From Lingula anatina (lineage: Eukaryota; Animalia; Brachiopoda): 64,000 nt of DNA. Of the stretch, positions 40,622 through 54,086 are shown in pieces. The position numbers were made by a program, and so were the translations under genes. The stretch spans positions 2,852,001 through 2,916,000 of the forward strand of contig CM120642.1 of assembly GCA_051362555.1 (NCBI GenBank), read 5' to 3'. Numbering within the stretch: position 1 is the stretch's first letter; every line of letters begins with the position of its first letter. Below the pieces are notes generated by a model, which did no database searches, was not told the origin of the DNA, and saw nothing but the letters and a program-made list of their open reading frames with translations.

Positions 40622-42478
40622 TTATAGCTCAAGGTGGAGTTGCAATAGACTTGGTCACACAGCAATATTGTATTTTATTTTGAAAAAAAATGTATTTATA
40701 CTTAAAGAGTTACAAGTGCTATACTTTAAAGCTGGTCTTGGCATTATATGTATATTGAGGTTTTCATTGTGGCCAAATGTTAGTAGGAAATATTTCAATG
40801 CAAAAAATAATAAAATTTTCTTTAGATTTTTAAATGTTAGATTTAGATTTGCCAGTGACAAGGGTGGTTGATATTTAAATATTTATAAAGCTAAGGGGAA
40901 AGCTTGATGTTAATGTTAGATCATGAGATGAGTATTAGTTTCATGTTTTTCAATTATAATCAGGTGGTTTATGGTAAAATTGAATATATAGATATATATT
41001 AAATGTATGTATAATATATAAATTATATCATTCCTGCTAAGTTAAAAACTAATCAAACTTTACCTCAAGTAGCCTCAAAGGCTTAAGGGCAAAGGGGCAA
41101 ACTGTTGGTGCCAAATATTTCTTGTTACAGATTTTGATGGCAAATATGATACTTGTTCCATGTACCTGAATGTCAGTGTAATCTTTGTTTTCTTCTTAAC
41201 ACCACATCAGTGGCAGATCAAGGGGGGGAGGAGGACAGCAGGCACCTTCAGCATCTTTAAGTAAGCTTTTAAGGTACCCAGTCCTCCCTCCTCTCTAACT
41301 CTACAAAACACAGTATAACACGGGAAATGTGAAACAAAAAACAAACAATTTTACATCATTGTGCACAACATAATGATTCAATTTCAAAATGTTGATAGAT
41401 GTTGGTAGTTGGTAGTTTAGTAATTATAAGAATATATGGTGGCAGATTTGTGTTGACACGTAAATCATGAGATTATGTGTATCATTAGGTGGCTCTTTTT
41501 TTTTTTTTTTTTTTTTTTACTTTGCCATCCACACCCCACTCCCCACCCCTTTTGACAAAATCCTGGGCGTGGTAAAACACTCAGATTTTTCAGATTTTAT
41601 TTTTGATTAATTCCATTAACCATTAAAAAGCTAAATAATCTGAACTTTCAGTTCAATTTTAATGAAATGTAATAACGTTTTTGAATAATGTATGATGATC
41701 AACTACCAAACTATTTTGTAAAAACTGCCTTTGAATCCTGTGAATTGATACCAGTGATGAATTGTTTAAGGATAAACAATGTAAATTCCTTTTAAAAAGG
41801 ATAAACAATTCTTTATTAATTAAAGAAAGCAATCATGTTAAATTAATTGAGTGTTGTTATTTTTTGAGAAAGTATTAAAAGTTTTTTATTACTGTTCAAG
41901 ATGACAAAAATTTTATATGTTTTATTTAAATTATTATATCTGTCCGGATCTGAACGTTTTAATCAGTTTGAGCAATTTCCTAAGCGCGTCACATCTAACG
42001 CATTCTAGCGCTGGATCCGCCGTATGAGGGATGTGTTGCCCACTCACACTGGTAACTAACGCAATCATAAGTCGGTGTTTTTAAGAAATTGTTACCTGCT
42101 AATGTTGGTTGTATTATTACAGAGAATTTCCAAAACACAGCACGAATGTCATTCTTAATTTTATTTTCAGTTATAATACTTGAAAGAACAAACTCTTCCT
42201 CTCAACCGTACGTGACAATTGAAAGTAAATGAGAATAATTTACATTTTGACACAGGCATTGATTTCAAGACCGAGAAAGAAACCTAACGCTATGCATTTC
42301 ACAATAAAACATGCATAATATTTTTGTAATCGTTCAATATTACAATAAGTGAATGCCAAAGCAAATAACAACACATGAACAAGATAGAAACTTCCATTCT
42401 TTCACACTAGGCCATTTCGAGATTTAATCTAATTGCATTACGTGTTATTCACGCCCCAATATCTACACACTATAATTG

Positions 42479-44158
42479 TTAATATACACCGGGCGTGCCT
42501 TGCATAAAGATGCTGTGAGGGTCGCCATAGTTTCCCGCCTCTTCTGGGGGGTCGTCTGCCACCAAGTGAAGCACTATGGTAGGGATAATTAATGCAGGCG
42601 GAGTCGCATTAGACACTGCATTGTTCCCGGATTCGGAATTTTTCTGGGATGGTTGCTTTTCCAGAAATCGTTTTTGGGCTATCGTCTGCCTTATCACACT
42701 TGGCAGAGAGAGCCGACGTTCGCGGTTAAAATGTACGGCCAGTTTTTGAATGTCTGTAGACTTTGAATTGGTCTGTTGTTTTTCTTTGGTGGATGACACC
42801 GAGGCAGTTGAATGTCTTTTGTAATGTTTAAATGAACTGAATGAATTTCTCCTCAGTGGAGTGGAGTTTTCTTTTTCAGAGTCAGCGCTAAGGGAGTTTT
42901 TTCGAGGCGTATTATTTACATCGGGAGAGAGCTGTCCGCGTTTTTCTTTATCGCCACAAGGTTTATCGTGGTGTTTCTCTCGCTGGCCTTGCATGACATT
43001 CTTTTCTTCTGTCTCTCTACTCAAAAGCCTTCTTGGTTGTACCTTAGCACTAGTATTCACGTAAAACCTGCTGCTGCTGACATTGTGACTGGTTTGATCA
43101 AGGTGATACTTATCACCATCTTCCGTCTTCAGCGCCTGGGGGTTGTGTTGAGCTGCTGAACGCGTGCGTTGTATCTGAGGACACTGTCCAGTAGTTTTAG
43201 ACATCAGGGTGACAGGTGGGTGAATGTGACCCCTGGGAGGGCTGCTACCTGGGGATGGGGACGATTGAGGCGTCATATCCCCCACGAGCGGGCTCACAGT
43301 AAACCTTCTCCGGCCTAGCCGTGCTCCAACTGATTTCACGTCCTCTGCCGATCCCAGCGATTCGTTGCTGCTGTGCGATGGAGAACGCTTAAAAAGGGCC
43401 GAAGAAGGCGAATCCGGGAAAATAAAACTTCGGCGTCTAATTCTGTGTTTTACCGACTCAGAATATGCACGAGGTCTCATTGTAGGGCTGTGATGAAGAA
43501 TTGTTGTTGCGTCGTCCACGTCATGAGTAGAATCCTCGTCGTTTTCTTTTGAGATGATTTCGTGTGAAGTAGATCGGACAATATTTGAGTCTCTCCTCAC
43601 ATCTGGTAATTCGAAATAATCTCCCTGATTTTGTAGAGAAGGGACTGTTAAAGGGCGAACTTTCTGGGAATCGGTTTCATCCCCAGGAACCTTTGTCTCG
43701 TCAACTCCAAGTACTAAAGTAGCGTCGGACAAACTTCTGCGATCTTTCCAACTGGAAGATGCATCTTCAGCAGAGGTCATGTCATCTTCTAAGTAAGATG
43801 CTTCGCTAAGATACTCACAAGAACGTCTTTGACTAAGAAAAATATTTGCATACAACTGTTTAGGCATCTTCCTTAAGCTGTCCAGCATCATGTCGGAGTT
43901 GTCGTCGGTGTAATGTGCAATCTGCGTCCGACGGTGGTGAAGGTCGGACAGGTGTTTTTTCAAGGCGTTTTTCTGACCATCAATAAGTCTTAAGCAGGTT
44001 TTTCGTTCAGCGTCAAGGTGTTTCGTGTTTCGAGTCAGTTTTTTCTCTTCCCATTTATTTTTGGCCGAGGTCGTTTGGCACGACTCTGACGACCAGTGGG
44101 TAGCAATTTTAAGGAGCTGGTGCCCATATCTGTGTGCATGATGAGCTGGTTCGTCCAT
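42479..44158 (-). CDS. Uncharacterised 559-aa protein: N-terminal coiled coil (CCDC190-like pattern, tentative) and a long Ser/Arg-rich disordered tail
   Basis: 1680-nt ORF in AT-rich DNA. Upstream acceptor ttcttcag at 44258 and donor ACAG|GTAAGT at 45225 suggest a non-coding first exon. N-terminus aligns without gaps to ORF 46307-47461. Confidence 0.85.
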   Translation of the reverse strand: MDEPAHHAHRYGHQLLKIATHWSSESCQTTSAKNKWEEKKLTRNTKHLDAERKTCLRLIDGQKNALKKHLSDLHHRRTQIAHYTDDNSDMMLDSLRKMPKQLYANIFLSQRRSCEYLSEASYLEDDMTSAEDASSSWKDRRSLSDATLVLGVDETKVPGDETDSQKVRPLTVPSLQNQGDYFELPDVRRDSNIVRSTSHEIISKENDEDSTHDVDDATTILHHSPTMRPRAYSESVKHRIRRRSFIFPDSPSSALFKRSPSHSSNESLGSAEDVKSVGARLGRRRFTVSPLVGDMTPQSSPSPGSSPPRGHIHPPVTLMSKTTGQCPQIQRTRSAAQHNPQALKTEDGDKYHLDQTSHNVSSSRFYVNTSAKVQPRRLLSRETEEKNVMQGQREKHHDKPCGDKEKRGQLSPDVNNTPRKNSLSADSEKENSTPLRRNSFSSFKHYKRHSTASVSSTKEKQQTNSKSTDIQKLAVHFNRERRLSLPSVIRQTIAQKRFLEKQPSQKNSESGNNAVSNATPPALIIPTIVLHLVADDPPEEAGNYGDPHSIFMQGTPGVY

Positions 44159-45946
44159 GGTTAGGTATTAAAGTCCGTATATATCAAGAAGACGAAGTAG
44201 GCCCTGTTTGGCATCCAGGGTTACAGGCCGTGGGTGAAAAATATTGCCTACAGGTTTCTGAAGAACAAAAAAAAGTGAATTAAGTCTGATATTCGTTAAA
44301 AATGTAAAGTTTCGGTTACAGCGGTTATAGAATATGTTTTTGACCTTGAACAGGGTGAACAGGGTGCGATCTCTGTTCCTTTCTGATTTCCACTACCAGC
44401 GACCTTGAAAAGCGCGTAACTAAGGCAAATTGATTAACATCAGTTTTCCAGTGAATACCCATCAGAAACTTTTCAGTAGGGACTTACACTATGTCTGAAA
44501 GTATTGTTAAAATGTCATTAAATTGATTAAATTTTAACATTTATATCTACTTTCTGCGTGGAATTTGGTATAGCACTTAAGGATTCGTAACCTAATGAAT
44601 TTCTCTTCATCTCGCCCACAGGGGCATAATACATACTGAAAATTCAACTATATACTGTATAATTCCGATAAAATATCATTTAATTATAATCTTTAAACAT
44701 CAACTCCTAGTCTAACCCAACTCACCTAGGAAGGGAGAGTACAACGATGCCTATTTTATATGATCGATTAATCTGTGTGTGTGAGCCAAATCAGAATATT
44801 TTTACGCGTACCGAGTGACGAAACGGCTATAAACAGGTCGTCATACGGTTCACATCTGTACAAATATTATACCCAGCAGTCGTAATATCTTTTTATCTTC
44901 AGTCCCAAGTTCTGTTCATAACAGAAGAGGCCACAGGGGTCAAGAGAGCCCTATTGACGACCAAGTGTGTCTTTGTGGCCGACCACCACAAATGGTTACA
45001 TTTACGATTTCATAACGTTAAATCAACAGAGAATTTGGCGTTGCCTTGGACTGATGCGGTAATATTCAATTGTGACGTTCTCCCCTGATTAACACTAATA
45101 TAATGTTTATTCCCTTTACTTGTGCTCTCGCTCGCTCTGTTTACTCTTTGTGACAACACAAATATCCCGAGAGGAATTTGTAAACTTAGAAACTGTCACA
45201 TTTGCATCGTTTTTTGTCACTTACCTGTCAACCGTGAACAGTAGTAACACAGCAGTTATTCTTCGGGAAGCGCTGGGTGTTTAAAAGATCTCAAGTTAGG
45301 TGTAATACAGAAAATGTGTATTACAGAAAATGTGTGCTTGACACATTATGTCTGGGGGTTATGGGGTTTGGCCTAATATTTGGACGAGGAGACCGCGAAA
45401 ACAATTTGTCGCAAACCCCCATGTTTTCAGTCTTTACATCCGATGAATGAACCAAGCAATCATAACATTTGAGAGCAAGGGTTCTCTTTGTATACAATAT
45501 CACTACTACTCGCTTTCTGTTGTACAATCAATGCTGCTTAAACACGCCAGTGCGTTTTATGTGCATTTTGAAGATTAAAACAGGGATTTTCAATTCATTG
45601 GTTTGTTACCTATTGTGCGGTGTTATGTAGTCAACACAGTAGCTTGTATTTTTTTGCTGTGTGGCCTCCAAGGTAAATACAAGGCTATAGAAATTCGTTT
45701 CGTCAGGTGTTGGTATTTTTTCGATAATATTTACTTCCATTGACTCTACGGTGTATTTGTTGCTATTTTTATTATAATATTTTATTGCAACAAAAGCATT
45801 ACTTTGTTCTCAGTCGTTCACCTCAAACCGTGCACTGGGTCATTGAAATTATATCATCTGTCTTACAGATGGTTAATACTATTTTGAAATAGGCCTAATA
45901 TGATAAAATATTATCCCAGAATTTCTTTTTTAATTCTGCAATTGAT

Positions 45947-45969
45947 TATCATCATCATCATCATCATCA

Positions 45970-46016
<47 letters not shown>
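45947..46016. repeat. Compound (ATC)n(ATT)n microsatellite
   Basis: Directly visible. Confidence 0.95.
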
Positions 46017-46019
<3 letters not shown>

Positions 46020-46306
46020 ACATACTGTTCATGACTCAAACATTTTCTTGAAATTTACTAGACTGGTTCAAAAACTTAAACTAAATGCAGCTTTTAAAGT
46101 ACAAGGACAAGCGCTTCATAACCGATTTGTGCGAGGACTTTATAAACATTTTTCTACACTCAGAAAACTAAATTGGAATCACAACACAACATTTATAGAA
46201 ATTATTGTCTTCAGTCGGCGCTCCTGTCATCTCAAACAGATCGTATTATCCGTAAGTGTATGACGACTGCATGCAAATATGATTTAAATACTGAGAAGTA
46301 CATCGT

Positions 46307-47461
46307 CTAGTCACGTGACTTCCGCACTCCGGTAATCGTCTGCTCTCCGTCACTTGGTAAAGTAAAATGAACTTTTTTCTGTTCTTTGCCATCGGAATTT
46401 GCATTCATTTGTCCGTTGTTCTGAAATGAGGAGGAAGAGGAATCTGGGTTTACCGGAGAAGCGCGAAGAGGCGGCAAATTTAATGCTTGGCGGTTGTATG
46501 GAGAATCTTTATTTGCTGTGATTTTGTTAGGAGTCTTTCCTGGCAGCGGAGCCACTTCACACTGAATGCTTGGGTTTGGACGTGATACATTTTTGGTTGT
46601 TTCATAATTGGCCTTCGGCCTATCCAAAGATGTCGGAATTTTTGTTCTCCTTCCGTTCTTCAAAGTCTCATGAAGGATATTACTATTCTCGTGCCCATAA
46701 TCACTTTTTATCGCTGGTTTGGTGATGCTTTTTGGCGCGTCTGTTTTAGTCGCATATTTTTTGCGAAACTGGTCAGCTATTCTTTCCAAAGTCCAGTTAT
46801 TAGTTTTCAATCTACCCTGGGCGTTGAAGTTAACCGAAAAACCACTGTGTGTCTTTTGGTGCGAATTTGTTTGTGACTTAACAGACTTATCTGTTTCAAC
46901 GGTGTACGGCCGAAGGTTAGTTCTAAATGTCCCTTGAAAAAAGTCTCTCCGGTCGGTTTGATCACTAAGTTTCCTATGACGAAATAATTCCGAAGCCTTG
47001 ACGGCACTGGAGCCAAACGATTCCGCTGATAAACTGCGTCGAAAATGTAAACGGGCTAATGTTACATCGAGATTTGTGGTGTCTGCAATATCTTCCTGTT
47101 TCCAAGTAACCGATTTAGTTGTATCGCGGCTTACAGATTTATGAAGAAAGACACCACTCTGTGTCTCTTCTGTGGCTAATTGCAGATCTGCAGATTCCTC
47201 GTCTGGATATGTGCACGGACGCTTGGACAGCTGACTCTTCTTTTCCTCCAACTCCTTTCGTCGTGTCCCCAAAGCAGCCATTTTGACGTCAATCTCTCTC
47301 AACGCTTTCTTCTGCTGTCTTTCTAAGTTTGCGGTGTCCAGAGCCAGTTTGTTTGCGGCCAATTTATGCTGTACTGAAGCCGTTCTAATTCTCCTCTTGG
47401 TCCAGTGAGGGTTAGTATTACTGAGGTCATCGCTGAGTTTGTGGTTTCCTGGCATCATCAT
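46307..47461 (-). CDS. Uncharacterised 384-aa protein, paralogue of the adjacent 559-aa ORF
   Basis: 1155-nt ORF. Upstream acceptor tttcag at 47515 and a possible donor ACAG|GTACAG at 47995. Shares the HW...TxS...K....KL...T..L....K..LR.ID....AL pattern with 42479-44158. Confidence 0.82.
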   Translation of the reverse strand: MMMPGNHKLSDDLSNTNPHWTKRRIRTASVQHKLAANKLALDTANLERQQKKALREIDVKMAALGTRRKELEEKKSQLSKRPCTYPDEESADLQLATEETQSGVFLHKSVSRDTTKSVTWKQEDIADTTNLDVTLARLHFRRSLSAESFGSSAVKASELFRHRKLSDQTDRRDFFQGTFRTNLRPYTVETDKSVKSQTNSHQKTHSGFSVNFNAQGRLKTNNWTLERIADQFRKKYATKTDAPKSITKPAIKSDYGHENSNILHETLKNGRRTKIPTSLDRPKANYETTKNVSRPNPSIQCEVAPLPGKTPNKITANKDSPYNRQALNLPPLRASPVNPDSSSSSFQNNGQMNANSDGKEQKKVHFTLPSDGEQTITGVRKSRD

Positions 47462-50372
47462 GTAGTATTTGCTTTACTTATCACTTTCCTGTTTAGGAGG
47501 GTCCTTGTAAAAATCTGAAATTTAATATATTTTGAAGTGGGATGAGATATAAAAAATAGCCTACCGCCGGTGACTGCAGCAGCAAAGGCTGGCCTATTAC
47601 AGTTTTGCGGCATGCGAAAGTGAATACCGAAAACCATGGAGAAATATATTCTCACCACGTTTGCAGTAATTTTTCAAATGCGTCTAGTTGATGTAACATC
47701 TACTACTCTTCACTTATAGAGAATCAATATCTTCACTGGTTGCCATTAACAGACACGAAAAAATATTATTAGAGCGTAAAGAAAGGAGTAACACATATAA
47801 AAATAACGGTGAATAGATCTCTACCGACAGTAACAGTATTTGCTGCGCTAAATCCCCTCTTTAAATGAACCTTCACTATCAAACTGAGTGTCTGCATAGA
47901 AGTAAAATAGACCCATTTCGTACTTTATTAATGATAAAAATAGCTTTAAAACTGGATCTGCGAAATTAAAACTGAAGAGCTCAACCTACTGTACCTGTCC
48001 GTTCCACGAAAATTTCTGGAGAGGACTAACATATCACGCGGGCCTTCTGTCACTCTGTACTATCTCGCTTACATAACCAATTAAGCAAACCGCTGATAAT
48101 GACAAATATATTAATAAACTTAATGAAAAGCAAACACCGTCTGAGCGATAATTTTGCGAATGTACACCAACTCGTTAACATGGATTATTTATGAAGAGAA
48201 GGATTACTAGGACTAGGCTTTGCTAGCTCTATCATGAATGGGACTTCTCATTTGCTTAGTTTCAATGCATTGTCTGTATCCAGATCATACGCAGTGTTGG
48301 GTCTTTAAAGTGAGCACGCTTTTGCATTGCGAGACACAAAGAGCTTATTTGTGTAATTTATATTAACTTTTGGATAAAGGTAAAAGGGGCGGGGTACAAT
48401 CCGTCTATAATAGAGGTTGTTAAGGCGGGTTTAAAGGTGTTAATTCTATATATGATATATAAATAATTTGAAAATGAAACGGAACTATTCTTTGCTTAAG
48501 GACTGGACAGCAGTAGTCAAACCCGTTTGTGTCGACCGTCTATGGACTTTGCTCCCAGTTTCATCGTACTATTTAAAGATCACGAAAAACTTCTTTCATA
48601 GTAATTTGAAGAAAATTTTTCGATCCTTTTACAGTATTTTGTACAGAGTTAATGATCTATGTACACCCATGGCGTACTGGATCATTTATCTATATTGTTT
48701 AATCAAATATTTAGAATAAAATCCACTGCAATCGACCTGAGAAAAGGGTCTACACCTCATGGAGTCAATTTATGAGATTTTAGCCATTCATTAAATTTCG
48801 ATTAAAATATAATACATGTAGAACGAGATCTCCGCTATTCTGAAGACATTTCATTGCACGTGTTTTATGATTTGGAACAAACTTACACATTGGTCAAACC
48901 CCAATGGCTATTTGTACCGATGTCATTAAACGTCAGAGAATACGGAGTGGTACCTTAATAGAACTTAAAATTTTACCTTCAGACTGATCATTAATAAATT
49001 CAATTAAGCAGAGGTTTAACGTGTTATACACCTTAAACATTTGCTCGTATTCGAATTATTTGCTTTGTTTATGAAATGAATATCAGTGAAATTCGAAAAA
49101 CGCACCGTCATCAGAATCATCCCCCCTTTTCTCCCCGAACCTAAACTTTCTTAAAAAATCCAAGCTTTTGTGCATTGTGTGTAAACTTACTGTTTTTGTC
49201 CAAAAAAAAGTTCCTTATGGGGTGAAACAGATCAAAAGATAAATGGTTCATGTTTAGTTTGGACAGCTCACACGTACTATTAAGTCCGTATGTACTGATT
49301 AAGGAGAAATGTCTGCTGGCACCTCTACTCTACTACTCTAGATGTGCCTTGTTCCAACGGCCCAAGTCTTATCATCAAATTACATCTACTTCTATGATCT
49401 ATAATTACATCTGGAGAAATTCCGCAACAGGCAGCTTCCTCATTTTCCTTAACGTAGCTTGGTGGAATTCTGGAAATCCAGAACAAATGATTTTGAAGAA
49501 AGGATGAATATTGTTGCGTTAAATGGTTATGGTTACATTTATCACATGTTTTCAGGACTAAAGTAAATTCTGGAAAGTAAAGAAATGCGTGCATAATCTT
49601 GTTATGAATCTACTAGTTTTGTATTAATTAGACAAGAGTGGTCGAGAGGAGGTTACTGTTTATTGGTCAATTTCACAACCAAAAGACAAGCTGGACCTCT
49701 TGAACTTTCAAAATACGAAATTATATAAATTATATATAAATTATATTTTTATATTGAATGTTTGGCGGACAAATGAAGTAGAAAATTAAAATTTAGAATA
49801 GTAAAAAAAGTAAAAGTAAAAACTAACTAGGATCAGCGGTAAAATAACAGAAAAACGAAACGACGTGCTCATTCTCCAAACGTTGTGTGACCTCTCCAAA
49901 TTGCCGTCTAGCCGTGTCACCGAAGCATGTCATGTCGACAAATTCACCACTTTCTGCCCCTCCCACCTGGTTTATTTCCACCGCGTCTAGAATGATTATG
50001 TCGGCATATGACAGATTATGTCGGCAGGTGAATGATTCACAAAAAGGGCAAAAATAAGCCTTCTCTAAGATGCATGACATTGGTTCTAGAGAGAAATTAA
50101 CCAAAACATGTTAAGAAAATTAGTCCATTATTCCATGAAAAGGATATTTTCATATGGAACTCGTGATAGTTGTTGTATGCCAGAGAGGCCGCCCACTCTT
50201 TGAGAAGGTTCCATATGGTCGTCCGTTATCAACGCTCTTCTTCCATGCGACCCGTAAGCTTAAAGGCACTGAAGTCACGACTGGGAACATACGATAACAT
50301 TGGTGACATATATACGTCCAAGATTACGTACGTCAAAGCAGTAGACATCACGTTTAGCGAGAGGACATTGAA

Positions 50373-53300
50373 ATGGTAAGAAACCTACAGTATCATCAGA
50401 GAGCAAAATAGAAATTGACAAGTAGCTTAAAACCTTAAAATATTTTAAAGTATGTTGAAATTTGATATCACGCGCAGAGGCTCTTTGTGGCTTAAAACTG
50501 CAAAGGAATTTGTGTGGATCAACGAATTACAAAATTACCTAGAAAACGTATTTTTACAGTCTGTCAAATGAATAGAAAGGGCCCTGTAGGCTGTGGGCTA
50601 TAGGAAAAGACAGCGCAAACGCGATCAAAATCCGCGTTAGTGCAGTAATCCGTGTCACTGATTTGCCCCTTCACCTTGCAATGGAAACATATGTTATACA
50701 TATAAATCCTCCACTTATTATTTTCTTATTAAAGGAAAGTAACAATTTAATTGTCATTTTTCATTCAGGCACGTTTGATTGTCTTGCTCCTTTGTCTCAC
50801 TGCCAGCTATGCCGCCCAGCCACCGGCCTGCGAGGCTCAGGTGGACTCCCTGGGGGCCAAGGTGGACGCCCTGATGCGGCAGCTGCAGCTCCAGCAGTTG
50901 TTCGTTGAGGAAAAAGTCAGATCAGACGCTGACTCTGGTATAAAACAAGTCCCCACCACCAGCACAGGAACCCGGCCTTATTTCAGCCAGAGTAAGTATG
51001 CCACTTGGGATAGTTTGAATTTTAGAAATTTGGATAGTTTGAATTTTATAATTTTTCAAATAAAAGGTAAAATATTAAAGTATGATGTTCTATATTGAAA
51101 GTTCTAGTTTATCTTGAACATTTTGCTCATTATTTCTTTTGCATCCATTTTTTTCTGACATTTTGAGTGTTGTACTTGCCTGTATCAGAAGTGGTCAAGA
51201 AACGAAATTCCACTCTAAGCAGAGCCTTATACATACCTTCATCCTCCACAATGTCAGTATGGATCCAATGTTATAACGCTAAAATGTCTTCAAAATTGAA
51301 TCCTCAAGTTCGTATAAACACGAAAACACTAGGGCAATCCTCTGCGGAAACCGCCCACAACTTAAGAAAGAATGAAAAGGGTTTTCAGGGTTTCTAAGAC
51401 GGGATAAGATGATCAAACAAAGCTTTTTGCGTCATCCAGACCCATTGATGATGAGTCCAGACCATTCTCGTTATCTACTCAAAAATAACTTTGTATAACA
51501 ACTTATCAAAGCATATTGAAATCAGATATTTTATTTTACTAACCCAATACTTTTTTCAGCTCATGTTGGTGACACAGTCGGCAACATCAGACCAGTTCCT
51601 TCCAAGAAGAACATGTTCGACATCGGCTCCTTAATTGCAGTTCTCAACGGAGTCGAGTTCCGAGCCAAACGCCACACTATAGAGCTGAGAACTCCACACA
51701 AAACAAGCAAGACATTCCATGCCACTGAGCCGATTACTCTGCCCACTGTCCCACCTCAGGTAGAGTAAGCTCCACATGTTCATACTCCTTGCTCTTTTTA
51801 CATCTTTAAGTGTTCCTTGATTATGCATTGGCGCTGCGTTTTAGGTTTATGGTTTAACCAAAAAAAATTATTAAGTTTGGCGTTGCAATCAGTACCAATG
51901 TGACCCCCCCCCCCAAAAAAAAAAAAAAAATAATAAATAAATAAATAATAATAATAATAATAATAAAATGCGCAGCATACAAAATAGGAAGTGCTCGCTG
52001 GTAATCCATATCACAACACAATACAATAAACATATACTTAACGCCATAATCCTTTCTTCTGACTTCAATTTTTGATTTGATTTAGGTGAAAAGCAAAGGA
52101 GACGTGACCAAACAGATTGCAGAAATGAGAGAATGGTTCAGAAATTTCCAGGACGTTAGTACGCGATCGGGCAGAAACTTTTACCCCTACTTCAAAAGCG
52201 TCTTCTGCTATCTCGAAGGGACGTGGCTCGAGGCGGACAAGAAAGACCCACTTTCAGCGTGAGTGACTTGTGCGTTTAAAGATGGCTTCAACTAAAAATG
52301 TCGTCTGGTTGATGCTTTCATAAAATCCATAACATCTTTTCGCCATTGTACCGCTTGTTTCATTTAAAGATACGGACTTATGGTGCAAAATATTCCGCAG
52401 AATGGATTTCGATCACGTTTGCGTCGCTATCCTTTTCCCGATTACAGAAAATTTACTGCATTTCGAAAATATACTGCAACTTCTTCGTATATAAACTATA
52501 TAAACAAATAACTTGCTTGGGTATCTGTAATAAAACTTAAGATAAAACAAAGGTATTACACCGTAGTATAATGTATTCTCCTGTGTATATTTGCAACCTG
52601 AGACCGATTATGTACATGTATATAACATATGACTGTAATTGTCAATTTTTTTCTTTTGTAGTGACTTTTTGAACACACAGTATAATGTCAAATTCCAGGG
52701 ATACACGGGAGCTTACGACGATGAAAAGTAAGTGAAATTGATCATTGATTCAGAAACTTTGGGTATAGGATATAATTACCTGGTATATGTGATATTATGC
52801 TCGGGTTGTTGTAATTGTCTGTAAAAAGTTTTATCTTCTCTCTTCCTCTACCATTTCTATCGCTTAACAAATTATTTGAAAAATAACTTGATGATACGTC
52901 GGTTTTTCACAGGTACGACTATCTCCCCACCACCATGATCGACCTGATTAACGATACTATCCCTGTATTTGGCAAGTGGAACTACAGGATCATGTGCCAC
53001 ACGCCTAAAACTGTCATCAAGAGAGACAGATTCAGAGTCATTGACAACATTGCGCTCCGCATGGCCAAAAATTTGACTTTCGAAGAGTACAAGGATTCTG
53101 ATTATGCTCGGTAGGGATAATAATTTGTTTGATTGCACGACGAAAAATGCAAAAAAGTGGTTACGGATCTTTAATTCTCTAAAATTTAACTTTTTCAATA
53201 ATTTGTCTCATACTCTTTAAGTCAAAGTTTTAACTCGTATAAATTAGTCAGTCTACGTCCCATTTATTCGTTGTAAGAAATTTGCGTGCTTGGGCAATTT

Positions 53301-53512
53301 AAGGATCACCCAATAATAGTAGATATCAATAACATATCGACTAAAATACCTTAGTATCAATTTTAAGCAAACAATCGCCATTTCATAGGTTCCAGCTAAA
53401 CCCGAGGAACTCAAAGTATGACACGTCTAAAAGTGAATATTTCGCCGGACGAGGGCTGCTAGATATTATAATGGAAGAAATACCAGGTACGTGTGAGTGG
53501 ATTGTTGGTATC

Positions 53513-53557
<45 letters not shown>

Positions 53558-54044
53558 CGCGCGCGCGCGTGTCTATAAATATGTGATGTGCACGTAACCT
53601 TATTTGTACTTGAAAGTCATATAGCAGTGAAAAGTAAAAATGATAACGTGAGTACAGTGGACATTCAATCTCATGCTGTAGATATACATTCTATATAATC
53701 CAGGATTAGATAACTACCCGGGTAAAAACGTAGATGATGGTCTTTTCGAAGCTGTTTATCCTCTTTCGTCAAAGATTGCCACCCAGCCAAAGGTATTTGA
53801 AGCAGATAATTTGGGATTTTTAATCCAACAGTAGGATAAATTGGACACTGGTTCTGTTACTACAACTCACCTGTATGTCACTTCCCTTAAAACTTTACTT
53901 TGCTGTTTATTATATGATCATTGGGCTTTATACCAGTGCATATAACCACATGTTTTATGCACAGCAGGTTCACTAAATCTCCAAAAATTATGATAAAAAT
54001 AAAGTTAACGTATCTAAAAATATACCTGCAGAGTGTTTTCTCCT

Positions 54045-54086
<42 letters not shown>

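Noticed and set aside
41208-41575. CAGTGGCAGATC-type transposon end
   Set aside because: No convincing partner TIR or TSD. Too decayed to delimit.
42861-46937. Antisense ORFs within the 559-aa and 384-aa genes
   Set aside because: Short shadow ORFs of the coding strand, with no independent signals.
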